Source: Thecamonas trahens ATCC 50062
Taxonomy: Eukaryota > Protista > Apusomonadida
Reading direction: 5' to 3'
Length of the DNA: 64,000 bases
NCBI RefSeq assembly: GCF_000142905.1
Contig: NW_013657645.1
Coordinates: 62,001-126,000, forward strand
The stretch's first letter is position 1, and every line of letters begins with the position of its first letter. The notes under the pieces are model-generated. The model was not told where the DNA came from. It worked only from the letters and a program-made list of their open reading frames with translations, and did no database searches. The translations under genes and the position numbers were made by a program. Shown here one piece after another: positions 44,702-55,639 of this stretch.

Positions 44702-47636
44702 TTAATCGTCCTTCAGCTTACCGCCGGGAACGAGGCGGAGGAGGATCTTGCGGAGGATGTCCCAGGGGACGACGAGGAAGGTAGCGGCGATGAGGAGCCA
44801 CCACTCGTGCGAGTCGAGCGGGACGGTGCGGAGGAAGGAGCCGCCAAACAGGGTGAAGACGACCTGGACGATAAAGATGAGCGGAACGACGATGACAAAG
44901 CCGATGTTCTTGGTCACGCCCTCAAAGATGTTGAGGCGTTTGGTGCGGACGCCGAGGGCGTTCCAGCCGCAGAGGAAGACAAAGAAGCAGAAGAAGGCGG
45001 TGAGGAAGACGGTGCCACCCTGATGCGCGAGCTCTTCGGAGGTCTCCACCTGGGCGACGTCGTCGTTAAAGGCGGAGCCGTCGTCGTGGAAGCCGGCCTC
45101 GGGGGCGTAGGGCGAGACGTAGGCGCGGTCGAAGAGGTCGTGGACCATGTCCGAGGTGAGGAAGAAGATGGAGTAGAGGGCGATGCCGATGCCGTTCCAG
45201 AGGATGGATGACCACATGTAGGGCGAGATGATGGCGGTGTCGCGGGAAATGGGCGCCTCGCGCATGTAGCGCGGGAGCGCAGGCTCGCCGCCAAAGGCCA
45301 GGGCGGCGAGGGTGTCCATGATGAGGTTGATCCAGAGGAGCTGGATGAGGGTGAGCGGAAAGTCAAAGCCGACAAAGGGCCGAGGAAGCAGAGGAGCATC
45401 GAGCCGACGTTGATGATCGACTGGTAGTTGGCAAACTTGCGGATAGACTTGAAGATGGTGCGGCCGTAGAGAGCGGCACGGATGATCGACGCAAAGTTGG
45501 AGTCGAGGATGACAATGTCGGAGGCCTCCTTGGCGATTTCGGCGCCATCACCGATGGCAAACGAGACGTCGGCGGCCTTGAGTGCCGAAGTGTCGTTGGC
45601 GCCGTCACCGGTCATGCCGACAACGCCCGAGCCACGCTGGCCGAGGGCCACCAGGCGCGACTTGTCGGTGGGGAGGGCACGTGCAACAACACGGAGGGTG
45701 GGCAGGCGGGCGGCGAGCTCGTCGTCACTCATGCGGGCCATGTCCGACGAGGTGAGGACCGATTCGAGGCCCTCGCCCGGCGGGAGGAGGCCAACCTGCT
45801 GGGCAATGGCCGCGGCGGTCTCGGCGCGGTCGCCGGTGACCATAATGACATGGATGCCGCCCTCTTCGGCGACGCGCATGGCCTCGGGCGACTCGGGGCG
45901 GATCTCATCGGTCATGCCAATGACGCCGACGAGGGTGAGGTCGCCGGGGAGCTCGAGCGAGCTGCCGCCCGACGGCTTCTCGACGCGGGCGGCGGCGAGC
46001 GGGCTCGACGAGGTGGCGACGGCAATGAAGCGGTAGCCACGGGCCGAAAGCTCGTCGACCGAGGAGAGGACCGACGAGATGGCGCGGCGCTTGAGCGGGA
46101 CAACCGCGCCGGTGTTCTCGTCGTGGTACGACGAGCACTTGGAGAGCACAAGCTCAGCCGCACCCTTGTAGAGCGAGATGGCGGCAAAGGCGCCGGCGGC
46201 AGCCGAGGCCGGCGCCGGATCAAAGAACGCGCCCGACGACGAGAGCGGGCCAAGCGACGAAGTGAGAAGCCCGTCGGCATCGTCCTCGGAGAACGCGATC
46301 TGGGCAGCCGAGAACTTGTGGACCGAGGAGAAGAGAATTGCGTCCTCGCGCTCCACGCGGAAGCCCGAGTAGTCGAGGAGCGCGTTGCGCGAGAGGAACC
46401 GGAGGAGAGCACGGTCCGACGAGTTACCGCCCACAATGTCTTCGCCGTTGGACGAGACGATGGCCGACGACGACTCGCGCAGCGCGAGGGCAAGCACCTC
46501 GGAGAGGCCCTCTGGCACCTGCGCAAACGTCTCGAAGCTCGCCGAGCCCGAGATGAGGAGCTTGGGCTGGAAGACGCCGTAGGTGATGGTGCCCGTCTTG
46601 TCGGAGAAGAGCATGTTCATGCAGCCAGCAGTCTCGATGCCGAGAAGACGGCGGACAAGGACCTGGTCGGCAAGGAGCTTGCGCATGTTGAGCGAGAGCA
46701 CAATGGCAATCATCATGGGCAAGCCTTCGGGAACCGCGACGACAACCACAATGATGGCGAGAATGATCGAGGTCACGACATCGTGGAGCGCAATCTGCCA
46801 GTTGGAGGCGTACGCAATGGTAGCCGAGAGCGAGTACCCGTTGTCCATGACAAACTGCTTAAAGAGGAACGAGACGGCAATAAAGGTCGCACCGATGTAG
46901 CCGACATTGGCCACGCCGTCGGCGAGCGCAGCGAGCTTGATGGTCAGCGGCGCCTCGCGCTCCTCGATGGACGAGATCTCGACAGAGAGCTTGCCAAACA
47001 CGGTCTCGACGCCGACGTGCGAGACAAGCATGATGGCCTCGCCCGAGTCGACGAGCGAGCCGCGGAACGCGTGGTGGTTGCCGGCCATCAGCTCGTCGGT
47101 TGGCGTTCCGTCGGGTGTGTAGCCCTCGGGCACGGTCTTCTTAGTGATGGGGTCCGACTCGCCGGTGAGCGAGGCCTGGACGACTTCGACGGCGCCATCA
47201 ACAATAAAACCGTCGGCCGGCACACGGTTGCCGGCCTGCAGCAGGACCGAATCGCCGACAACGACGTCAGCGATCTCGACCTCGACGAGCTCGCCCGAGC
47301 GGAAGACCATGCACTTGATGCGCGAAGCCTTCTCCTGCAGCTCCTGGAACGAGGCCTCGTTCTTAAACTCCGAGTACGTGGCCACAAACGTGGCCAGGAA
47401 GACTGCAACGGCAATTCCGATGCCCTCACGGTAGTCGGCATACCCGAGCCCGGCCAGCACCATCGTCACCGCCAGCGCGAGCACAAGGATGCGGATCAGT
47501 GGGTCGTCAAAGTTCTCCTGGAGCTTGTCCCAGAACGAGTCGACCTCTGCCGCCGGCAGGTCATTCGACCCATACGTAGTCCGAGCCCTGTCGACCTCGG
47601 CTGCCGAGAGCCCGGCCACCTTGACCTTTTTCACCA
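44702..47636 (-). CDS. P-type II Ca2+-ATPase (PMCA-type); frameshift at 45377-45379; 5' exon probably in or near the gap
   Basis: LTGES, VPEGLP, SDKTGT, KGAAE, MVTGD, MTGDGAND, QLLWINLIMDTLAALA. Confidence 0.93.
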
Positions 47637-48345
47637 CTGGACAGGGAGGGAGGCGTGAGGGGGGGGGGGAGGGGGGAGGGGAGGAGGGGGGGGATCGTGG
47701 TCACCGGTTGTGGCTGCCCTCCAGCGCGCCTCTGAGCTCTACCTCTTTCCCTCGCTCNNNNNNNNNNNNNNNNNNNNNNNNNNNNNNNNNNNNNNNNNNN
47801 NNNNNNNNNNNNNNNNNNNNNNNNNNNNNNNNNNNNNNNNNNNNNNNNNNNNNNNNNAGGGGGGCGGGCGGGTTTGCTTGGTTGGTCTTTGGTTTGGGTA
47901 ATGAGAGGGGCAAGGGGGGAGTGGGGAGGGGGTGGCTCGGTGGGCAGGTACAGTTCACTATGTTCCGGTTTGCAAGCGTACGTGCAAGGGGAAGGTGTTG
48001 GAGGGACGGGAAGGGGGGGAGGGGGAGGTGGGGGAGGTGGGGAGGCTGAAGGGAAGGGGGGGAAGAGGGGGGGGGGGGTGGGGAGGGCGGCTGCGGCGTC
48101 AGCCCAAAATTTCCCCCACACGGCCAAGCTCTGGCGCGGGTGCCTCCATGGAAGGCAGAGTAGCAGGGAGAGGGTGGGCACGAGGGGGAGGGGAGTGGAG
48201 AGGGGGTGGGAAAGAGGGGGCGAGTTGGGGAGGCAGGGAAGGGGGCAGGAAGGGGGAGGGCGAGTGCAGCGGGTGGGGAGGGCGGGCAAAGGGTGGATGG
48301 GCAGCGGGCGGGCGGCGAGCGGGAGCGTGGCGGGGACTGATGGAG

Positions 48346-49199
48346 ATGTTGCGGTGCGGTGACCGGGGGGACAGGCGTCTGTGGGGAGCACTGTGAGGGT
48401 TGCACGTGCGCTGTCTGGGGCCGCTGCGGTGCGGGCTGTGCCGCGCGGGGAGGGCCCTGGGGCGCCTGCTGCTGTGGGGTCGATGTCCAAGTTCTCGGAC
48501 CCTGAGATCGCGAGCGAGGCGGCGCTGACAGCGGCAGCGGCGGAGCAGGAGAAGGCGCTGATTGCGTTTGGGGAGTCTATTGTGGCGATGCTGCCCAAGT
48601 GGGTGCCGCACGCGCTGGTGCAGCACGGCGAGCTTGTGCTCCACACGCCGGTCGACCACGTGTACGAGGTCATCGAGTTCCTGCAGCTGCACTCGAACGC
48701 CGAGTTTACCAACGTGACGGACCTGACGGCGGTTGACTACCCCGAGCGCGAGAAGCGGTTCGAGGTGGTGTACAACCTGCTCTCCGTCAACCACAACGCG
48801 CGGATTCGGGTCAAGACGTTTGTGGACGCGCTGACGCCCGTCCCGTCGATTGTTCCGCTCCACAACGGTGCCAACTGGTTTGAGCGCGAGACGTGGGACA
48901 TGTACGGCATCTTCTTTGCTGGCCATCCGGACCTCCGCCGCATCCTCACTGACTACGGCTTTGAGGGCTACCCGATGCGCCGCGACTTTCCGCTCTCGGG
49001 CTACGTCGAGGTCCGCTACGACGACGAGCTCAAGCAGGTTGTGGTCGAGGACCTCGAGCTCACCCAGGAGTTCCGCAACTTTGACTTTAAGTCGCCGTTT
49101 GAGCAGATTCCTGCCGCACCGCACGCCACGCCCAAGATTGCGTCGTCGCACATCACCCGCATCTCTGCCCCGGATGCCGCCGAGCAGAAGGAGGCCTGA
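48346..49199 (+). CDS. NDUFS3: Complex I 30-kDa subunit (NDUFS3/Nad9) with presequence; start needs one extra G at 48365-48370
   Basis: [17 protein letters not shown]; [42 protein letters not shown]. Confidence 0.93.
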
Positions 49200-49475
49200 T
49201 GATCAAATGAAGGAGAAGAAGTGAAAGAAGAAGGTTGAAGCCCTGCCCTCTTTGGGCCAAAGCCTTGCAGGCTGCTATGCATGATCCCCTTCCCGCTCGT
49301 CGCTGACGGGGCTTCGATGGAGCCTTGGTCTCCGAGCACACAAGTGTTCCAAGTGCACAAGTGTTTGCAGTTCTGAAGTGTGCCATTCCTGGTGGGCAGT
49401 TTTAAAACCAGCGCGTTTTTCACGACACCTTCTTTGCCATCATCAGGCAACTCCTACCTACCCAACACAAACACG

Positions 49476-49979
49476 ATGAGCTTCTCCACCTCCTCTCGCA
49501 AGGCCAGCGACGGCAGCGCACGCCGTGCCGCCTACCGCCGCACCCGGGTCAAGGCCGGATACCAGGCCAAGGCCGAGCCTGCGCCTCACGCCGCGGATGG
49601 GCCCGACGGCGCCAGCAACTCGGCTTCCGCGTCTGCGACAGCGACTGTGACTGCCTTTGATGCGCAGGCGTTCATCGCCGCGCTGCCGAGCAACAGGAAC
49701 TCGCCGCGCGCCAAGGACAAGGCCGTGCGGAACGTGTTCAACTCGTTTTTCAACGACTTCCTCAAGTCGCGCAACAACTGGAGCCAGAGCGACATCGCGG
49801 CCGAGGCTGGAAAGACGAAGTCTGGCAACGGCGGATCGGTCTCGCACTTTCTCAAGAACAACCGTCACACTGCGTGGATCTTTTCCGTCTTTCTGCGGCT
49901 CGCCCGCGAGGCGGCCGCCAGCCACCCGCACGACTTTGCCGACTGGGCCAAGCCACACGTCACCGTGGTGATGGGCTGA
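49476..49979 (+). CDS. Small basic protein with possible lambda-repressor-like HTH
   Basis: 167 aa; FLKSRNNWSQSDIAAEAG..GSVSHFLK. Confidence 0.55.
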   Translation: MSFSTSSRKASDGSARRAAYRRTRVKAGYQAKAEPAPHAADGPDGASNSASASATATVTAFDAQAFIAALPSNRNSPRAKDKAVRNVFNSFFNDFLKSRNNWSQSDIAAEAGKTKSGNGGSVSHFLKNNRHTAWIFSVFLRLAREAAASHPHDFADWAKPHVTVVMG

Positions 49980-50082
49980 AGGCCAGGCTCCAGTCAGCCA
50001 GGCAGCCCACCACAGCAGGACAGTTTTCCCAGTAAATGCCATACGATGGTATCTCCTTGGAGGCACCAGTGCAGGCGCTGAC

Positions 50083-50799
50083 TTACTCCGCAAGGTCATG
50101 CTCGTCCAGAGTCCGCGCCCAGAACAGCGCCTGGAGGACGGCGTCGGCGAGATCGTCGGCTTTGTCGGAGCTCTCGAGAAGATCAACCCAGTGCAAAGCG
50201 TGCGGATCGTGATCCATGGCGCGCAGCTCAGCCTGGGCCTGGGCTACCACCGCAGCTTTGCGCGCGGCATACGACGCGATCTTGGGCATGCCCATAGAGG
50301 CGCGAACGACCGACGGCTGGAGGAAGACGACGCGGGGTGGGCCGTCTCCGAGCGGCAGGGCGCCCGGCGGGGTGAAGAGGGCTGTGAGCGCAGCCTGAAT
50401 GACGCGCATCTCGCCCTTGAACTGGTTCTCGACAACAACCCACGACATCGGGCCATGCTTGGCCAGGACGGCGTCGCGGAAGGCTGCCGCGCGGGCAAGG
50501 ATGTGATAAATCTCCGATGAGACAAGGCCCTTGACCCCGCGCGGCAGCGCGGTCTTGCGCAGCGAGGCCTGCCGGCTCTTGCGGGCGCCGAGAAAGTCGG
50601 CGTTCTCCAGCGCCGTCACGCACCGCGTCTCCAGGTTGTACACGCAGTGGGCAAAGTTGCGCGTCCCCACATCGACCGCCAGCACCGTCCGCGCCGACCC
50701 GTCGCCCGCCGCTGCGTCCACCACCGTCCGCCGGCCCACTACCGCCCGAGGCGCCAGTTCCAGCCAAGCCCGGGCGGCGCGCAGGCCGAAGCGCATCAT
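50083..50799 (-). CDS. RuvC-like Holliday junction resolvase (poxvirus A22 / Ydc2-Cce1 type), probably mitochondrial
   Basis: VLAVDVGTRNFA, VVVENQ, RK, KADDLADAVLQA; Arg-rich presequence MMRFGLRAARAW..GRRT. Confidence 0.85.
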   Translation of the reverse strand: MMRFGLRAARAWLELAPRAVVGRRTVVDAAAGDGSARTVLAVDVGTRNFAHCVYNLETRCVTALENADFLGARKSRQASLRKTALPRGVKGLVSSEIYHILARAAAFRDAVLAKHGPMSWVVVENQFKGEMRVIQAALTALFTPPGALPLGDGPPRVVFLQPSVVRASMGMPKIASYAARKAAVVAQAQAELRAMDHDPHALHWVDLLESSDKADDLADAVLQALFWARTLDEHDLAE

Positions 50800-50908
50800 G
50801 ACAAGAAAGAGAGAGAGAGTGGAGTGGTGGAGTGGTGGCAGTGGTGGCAGTGGTGGCCTGGGCTGTGGGTGGGTTGGGAGGCACACTCGTCGCGGCCAGA
50901 GGCAGGGC

Positions 50909-51337
50909 ATGTCGGGGACCATGGAGGAGAACCATACGGCAGAGGTCGAGATGCTGCACTCGGTCAAGGTGGCACTCAAGGGGGCTGTCCTGGCCGTGGA
51001 GACCATGGGTAGGTTGCGGCAGGGGAGGAGGGGAGGGGGGAGGGGGGGGGGGGGTAGGGGGAAGGTGTAGTGGAGGGTGGACGGAGGGACAGAGGGACAG
51101 AGGAGCGGACAGAGGAGAGCTCAATGGGCACGGATGGCAAGAGGTGGAGAGCCTCTCCTCCCCTCCCCCCCTCCCCCTGCCTCATGCCGCTTCACTCACC
51201 CTCCCCCCGTTCACACGCGCCACGCAGAGGCCGACCTGCGCAAGGTGGCGGCCAACATGGACAAGCTATCCGGGGCCAACGAGAGCATGGGCACGATCAC
51301 CAGCGCGGTGGCCACTCCGCCGCAGCTGCAGCAGTAG
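50909..51337 (+). CDS. 69-aa coiled-coil protein; exons 50909-51008 and 51228-51337
   Basis: GTAGGT donor, CACTCAC branch-like site and CAG acceptor give an intact frame MSGTMEENHTAEVEMLHSVKVALKGAVLAVETMEADLRKVAANMDKLSGANESMGTITSAVATPPQLQQ. Confidence 0.7.
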
Positions 51338-51346
51338 CGCGGGCAT

Positions 51347-53148
51347 TTACTTCTTGCGCATGATGTCCGAGAAGCGCTTGACGTGGCGGATAAAGTAGTC
51401 GCAGTAGCGGCGGGCGACCTTGGTGTCAGCGATGGTCACCATGTCACGCTCGAGGTAAAAGGTGACGTCCGACGACGAGGCGATGGTGCCGTCGAGCGGG
51501 GCCATGGACTCCTCTTCGTGGATGAGGTTGCACGTCTTGTGCTTGTAGCACATGAGGAGGGTACGGAACTCGGCCTCATCGATGGAGAGGAAGCCGGCGA
51601 GCTTGTCGGTGGCCATCGAGGTGTAGAGCTTGAGGTACGAGCGGACGCGCGGGACCGAGAACTGAGCGCGGACGTCGCGGAGGAAGAGCGAGAGCTGGGC
51701 CTGGAAGGCCGAGCCGTACTTGCCGGCCTCGGCGTCGAGGTCACCAAAGTCGGGCACAGCCGGGTTGATAAACTTGGGGCACGCCCGCGAGAACGCCTCC
51801 TCAAAAGCCTTGACGTCGCCGTTCTGCATCCGCGTCATGCGGTCGGCGTGCTTGTCGCGGAGCGTCTGCTGCAGCGACTCATCGATCCGCCGCGGCGAGA
51901 GCGAGATCGTCGCCGCCAGGAACGTGTACATCTGCTCATTCATCTTAAGGATCGAGTCGTACTGGTACGAGCGGGTGTGGAACTGCTTGGTCCGCGTGAT
52001 GTAGTTGAGCGCTGTCGACCACGAGCCGATGGCGTCGACGTACCGCCGCATCATCATGTAGCCAAAGCCGAGGTAGTAGAAGAGCGAGATGTGGCAAGCC
52101 GTGACGAGCGTGTAGTACGCACGCTTGTCCGTGATGTCGATCGCCGCAATCGACTGCAGCGCAAGCCGGTAGTCGCCCAGCAGCGTGTGCAGCCGGAGCA
52201 GGCCCACCATCGAAAAGTAGCCCAGCATCTTGTACAGGTTCGTCGAGCCAAAGGTCATGCCGGGCTCGTCGCCCGAGATGACAAGGTCCGGGTTGGCGCG
52301 CTCGACCTTGAGCACCTCCTCCACGTTCGACTTGGCCACAAAGCCGTACAGCTTGGCCAGCACGTTCGTCACAGACCACATCTCCGGGTGGTCCGAGAGT
52401 GCCGCCACGTCCTCGGCAGACAGGTTGCGCGTCTTGTGCCGGAACTGGCAGAACGACTGGTACTGGTAGATGAACTCGTCCACCATGTCCCAGATCCACG
52501 CCGGCGGGATCTCGTGCACGCCCAGCGGGAGCTCCTCGGGCGAGCCGACCCCGAGGAGGTGGTCAAAGAGCTTGCAGTACGCCTCGTACGACGCAAACCG
52601 CTGCTCGAGCGTCGGCGTCAGGTTGGCGTAGATGTGCCGGTAGTAGATCTCCGAGTAGAACATGAGGAACACCTCGTCGCTGCCCACAAGCTCCACCACA
52701 GCCTCCACAGGCGGCCACTCGCGGTTGCGGAAGTACTTCTTCGACAGCGAGGAGAACGTGTTCTCGTACAGCGCGTTGATCTCATACATGTTGCCCTCCA
52801 CAAGCGCACGCCGGAAGTAGAGCAGGAACGACCGCACAGCCTCGGGCATGGTGTACTCGCCCGACTCGTCGTAGCCGTCTGCGCCCCGCCCCTGCGTGAG
52901 TCCCCCTGTCCCACTTCCCCTCTGTTCCTCCCCTTGCAAGTCCCTCACCCCCCCCTTCCCCCCCCCCGCCCTCCGCTCCCCCCCCTCCCCCTCCACGGCG
53001 CCCCCCTCCGCTGTGGGATGGCCTCGCCTCCATTAAAATCGCCGCTCCGTCGGCACCCGCCCCCCTCCCCGGTCCCTCCCCCCGGCCCGCCGCACCACCC
53101 CATTAACGTACCATACTCGTAGTCGTCGTAGTCGTCGTCAAAGTTCAT
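51347..53148 (-). CDS. EIF3L: Translation initiation factor 3 subunit L; exons 53148-53112 and 52878-51347
   Basis: YYRHIYA, WIWDMVDEFIYQYQSF, LGYFSMVGLLRLH.LLGDY, ACPKFI, RSYLKLY. Confidence 0.95.
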
Positions 53149-53352
53149 CTTGGGGACCGTGCGACGTGTGTACCGTTGCTGCCGTCGGTAGGGACCGACC
53201 CAGTCCCTGCGGTGGTGGCTACGCAGCCGACGGCCGACGAATCGACCGACGACGAATCGACCGACGACGGCCGAGCCGGGCTCGTCGCTGCTGTGGTTTT
53301 TACCTGCGACCGATCGGCAGCATGGCGGGCAGGCGGAGGCAGGCGGCAAGGT

Positions 53353-53898
53353 TTACGGGCGGTGCGGCGGTTTCGGCTCGAAGCCATCAATGTGGGTCAC
53401 AATGTGGACCGAGCCGAGGTGCGGCCCTGTCGAGCACGAGAGATCCTGCTCGGTGACCCAGCCGCCGCCATCGTCGTCGCTGCCGTTGAGAGGCGGGCCA
53501 CGAAGAAGATCAAGGCCAGCGAGCGGGCGGGCCGGCGACGGCGGCCGGCGCGGCGCCAGCAGGTGCGCCGTGGTGCGGTCGGGCGAGAGGCCGGCAAGGC
53601 GGCGCCGCTCGGCGCGGGCGGCCAGCGTCCGCGGCGAGAGCACAGGTGCCGACGTTGGCGAGACTGCAATGGGCCCAGCGTTGGCGGCAGTGTTAGCCAG
53701 CGTCACTGGGTCCGCCCTGTATGCCGCTGCCGCCGCCGCCTCTGCCAGCAGTGCATCGCTCGGCGACGGCGGCGCAGGGTGCCGACCTGGCCGCTCTGCA
53801 GCAGGTGCAGCACACGCCCGCAAGCAGCCGACCGCAAGCACCACCAGGCACAGCACGCCCATGGTCACGCCCACGGCGACCACAACGAGAAGAGGCAT
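53353..53898 (-). CDS. Hypothetical single-pass membrane protein (start uncertain)
   Basis: Hydrophobic LLVVVAVGVTMGVLCLVVLAVGC followed by a Pro/Ala-rich tail. Confidence 0.4.
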   Translation of the reverse strand: MPLLVVVAVGVTMGVLCLVVLAVGCLRACAAPAAERPGRHPAPPSPSDALLAEAAAAAAYRADPVTLANTAANAGPIAVSPTSAPVLSPRTLAARAERRRLAGLSPDRTTAHLLAPRRPPSPARPLAGLDLLRGPPLNGSDDDGGGWVTEQDLSCSTGPHLGSVHIVTHIDGFEPKPPHRP

Positions 53899-54129
53899 CA
53901 GCGCCGAGGCGCCTGGCCACAGCAGAGTGTGTGAGAGTGGAGTGGGCCTGCGCCTGCGCCTGCGCCTGCGCGTGCACGCAACGCAGCTCAAGCACGCTGC
54001 ACACGCTGCTGCACACGCTGCGATGGCGAGCAAGTGGCGCTGGGAGTGGCGGTTTACTGTGCGTACTAGCCTCCCTCCCTGCCTGCCTGCCTGCTTGCCT
54101 GCCTGCCTGCCTGCCTGCATTCAACACCG

Positions 54130-55155
54130 TCACAGGCCCGACGGCCAGAACACAGGCGGCGCATCGAGCGGCGCGAGGTGCTCGGAGATGATGCCCTCGA
54201 CCAGTGCAAGGCCGGCATCGAGCGGGGCAATGGCGGCGGAGCCGCTGGCGACAGCGTCAACAACAGCAAGCATCGAGCGGAGCTGCGCGAGCGAGGCTGG
54301 GCCCAGGAGTGTCGTCCCCACGCCGGCATGATGGGCGGCCAGCGATCGGTAGAGCGCCACGTCTGGGAGCGAGGGGAGGTCTGCGGCAGCGAGGGCCTCG
54401 ACCGCAGCGGCCACGGCGTCCGAGACCGCAGCGTAGTGGCGCGGCTGGCCGTGGAGCGGGTGCCACGGCTGCGGGCCCTGCGGGGTGAGGAGGCCCATGC
54501 CGGTAACCGAGGCGTGGAACAGGTGCGGCGCAACAAGACACTCGCCGATCGCACCGCGGACCGAGCCCGGTGCATCACTTTCGAGCCGCGCGTCCAACAG
54601 CGTGGCTGTGGCGTACGCTTGGACAGCGTCCGGCGACGCATCCCGTGTGGCCCGTGCAAGCGTGTCCAGCGGGTAGCCGGCCACGCCGATCCGCGTCGCC
54701 GGGCTGATGGCCGGCGAGCTCCCGTCGTCGCGCCACGTCCTGAGCCGCGGCAGCACCTCGTCGACAAGCGTGGCGTAGTCGAGGAACTCGATGTCGTGGA
54801 CAAGGACCACGTCGAGCGGCCCGCCGAGCGCCGCCGCTGACGTCGCCAGCGACGCCGCCATCGCCTCGGCCGTCGTCTCGTGCGTCGACTGCCCGTTCGC
54901 GTCGCGCCCGCGGCAGACCTTGGATGCCACCGTATAGCTGCTCCGCGGCACGCCCGACGCTGCCAGAGCCTTGCCCAGCACAGCCTCTGACGACTGCTCT
55001 GCTGCGTAGAACGGCGCTGTGTCAAAGTGGGTGATCCCGGCCGCCAGCGCCTCGGCCACAATAGCGTCAGCCTCGTCCTGCTCCAGCCCGCCACCATACA
55101 CCCCGCCGAACGCCGCAGTCCCCAGGCCGATCCTTCCTATCTCCCGCTGTGCCAT
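54130..55155 (-). CDS. Aldo/keto reductase, L-galactose / D-arabinose dehydrogenase-like
   Basis: IGLGTAAFGGVYG, FDTAPFY, ASKVCR, VHDIEF, IGVAGYPL. Confidence 0.88.
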   Translation of the reverse strand: MAQREIGRIGLGTAAFGGVYGGGLEQDEADAIVAEALAAGITHFDTAPFYAAEQSSEAVLGKALAASGVPRSSYTVASKVCRGRDANGQSTHETTAEAMAASLATSAAALGGPLDVVLVHDIEFLDYATLVDEVLPRLRTWRDDGSSPAISPATRIGVAGYPLDTLARATRDASPDAVQAYATATLLDARLESDAPGSVRGAIGECLVAPHLFHASVTGMGLLTPQGPQPWHPLHGQPRHYAAVSDAVAAAVEALAAADLPSLPDVALYRSLAAHHAGVGTTLLGPASLAQLRSMLAVVDAVASGSAAIAPLDAGLALVEGIISEHLAPLDAPPVFWPSGL

Positions 55156-55639
55156 GACGGGTCTGATACGTGGGAGAGGCGTGGGAAGCGTGGGGAACGG
55201 AGAGGACGTGTGGGCGTGCGTGAGTGTGTCTGTGTCGTGTGTCGTGACGCGCGATCAGGCAGGCCGGGCACATTTTGGATTGCACGTCGTTGCCAACGGG
55301 CCGTTCCACCCCGATTGCACTGACGCTTTTCTGTGGAAGGCGTCTGATCGCTTTGACAGACCTGTTTACGAGCTCGCGACGACGTAGGGTGACGGCTTGC
55401 AGTTGCCGAGGGCGATTTCCAAGGTCTCTCCGAAAATCAGGCCATTCACCATCCACAAATATTGGAACCATATACTTATATAAATATAGGACTATATATT
55501 TATCACATTATCAATATAAATCACAAACTCCAAAATATTCACAATATTCACAATATATTAATATATTTACAGTATTTTGAGCGCTTTTATTTAACTTTAT
55601 TTGTCATGGTGCCTGTTTCATCACGTCTTCATCGCTTCT

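Noticed and set aside
45850-53122. Long antisense ORFs (e.g. 45850-47658, 48099-49151, 51383-53122)
   Set aside because: Shadow frames of high-GC3 genes on the opposite strand
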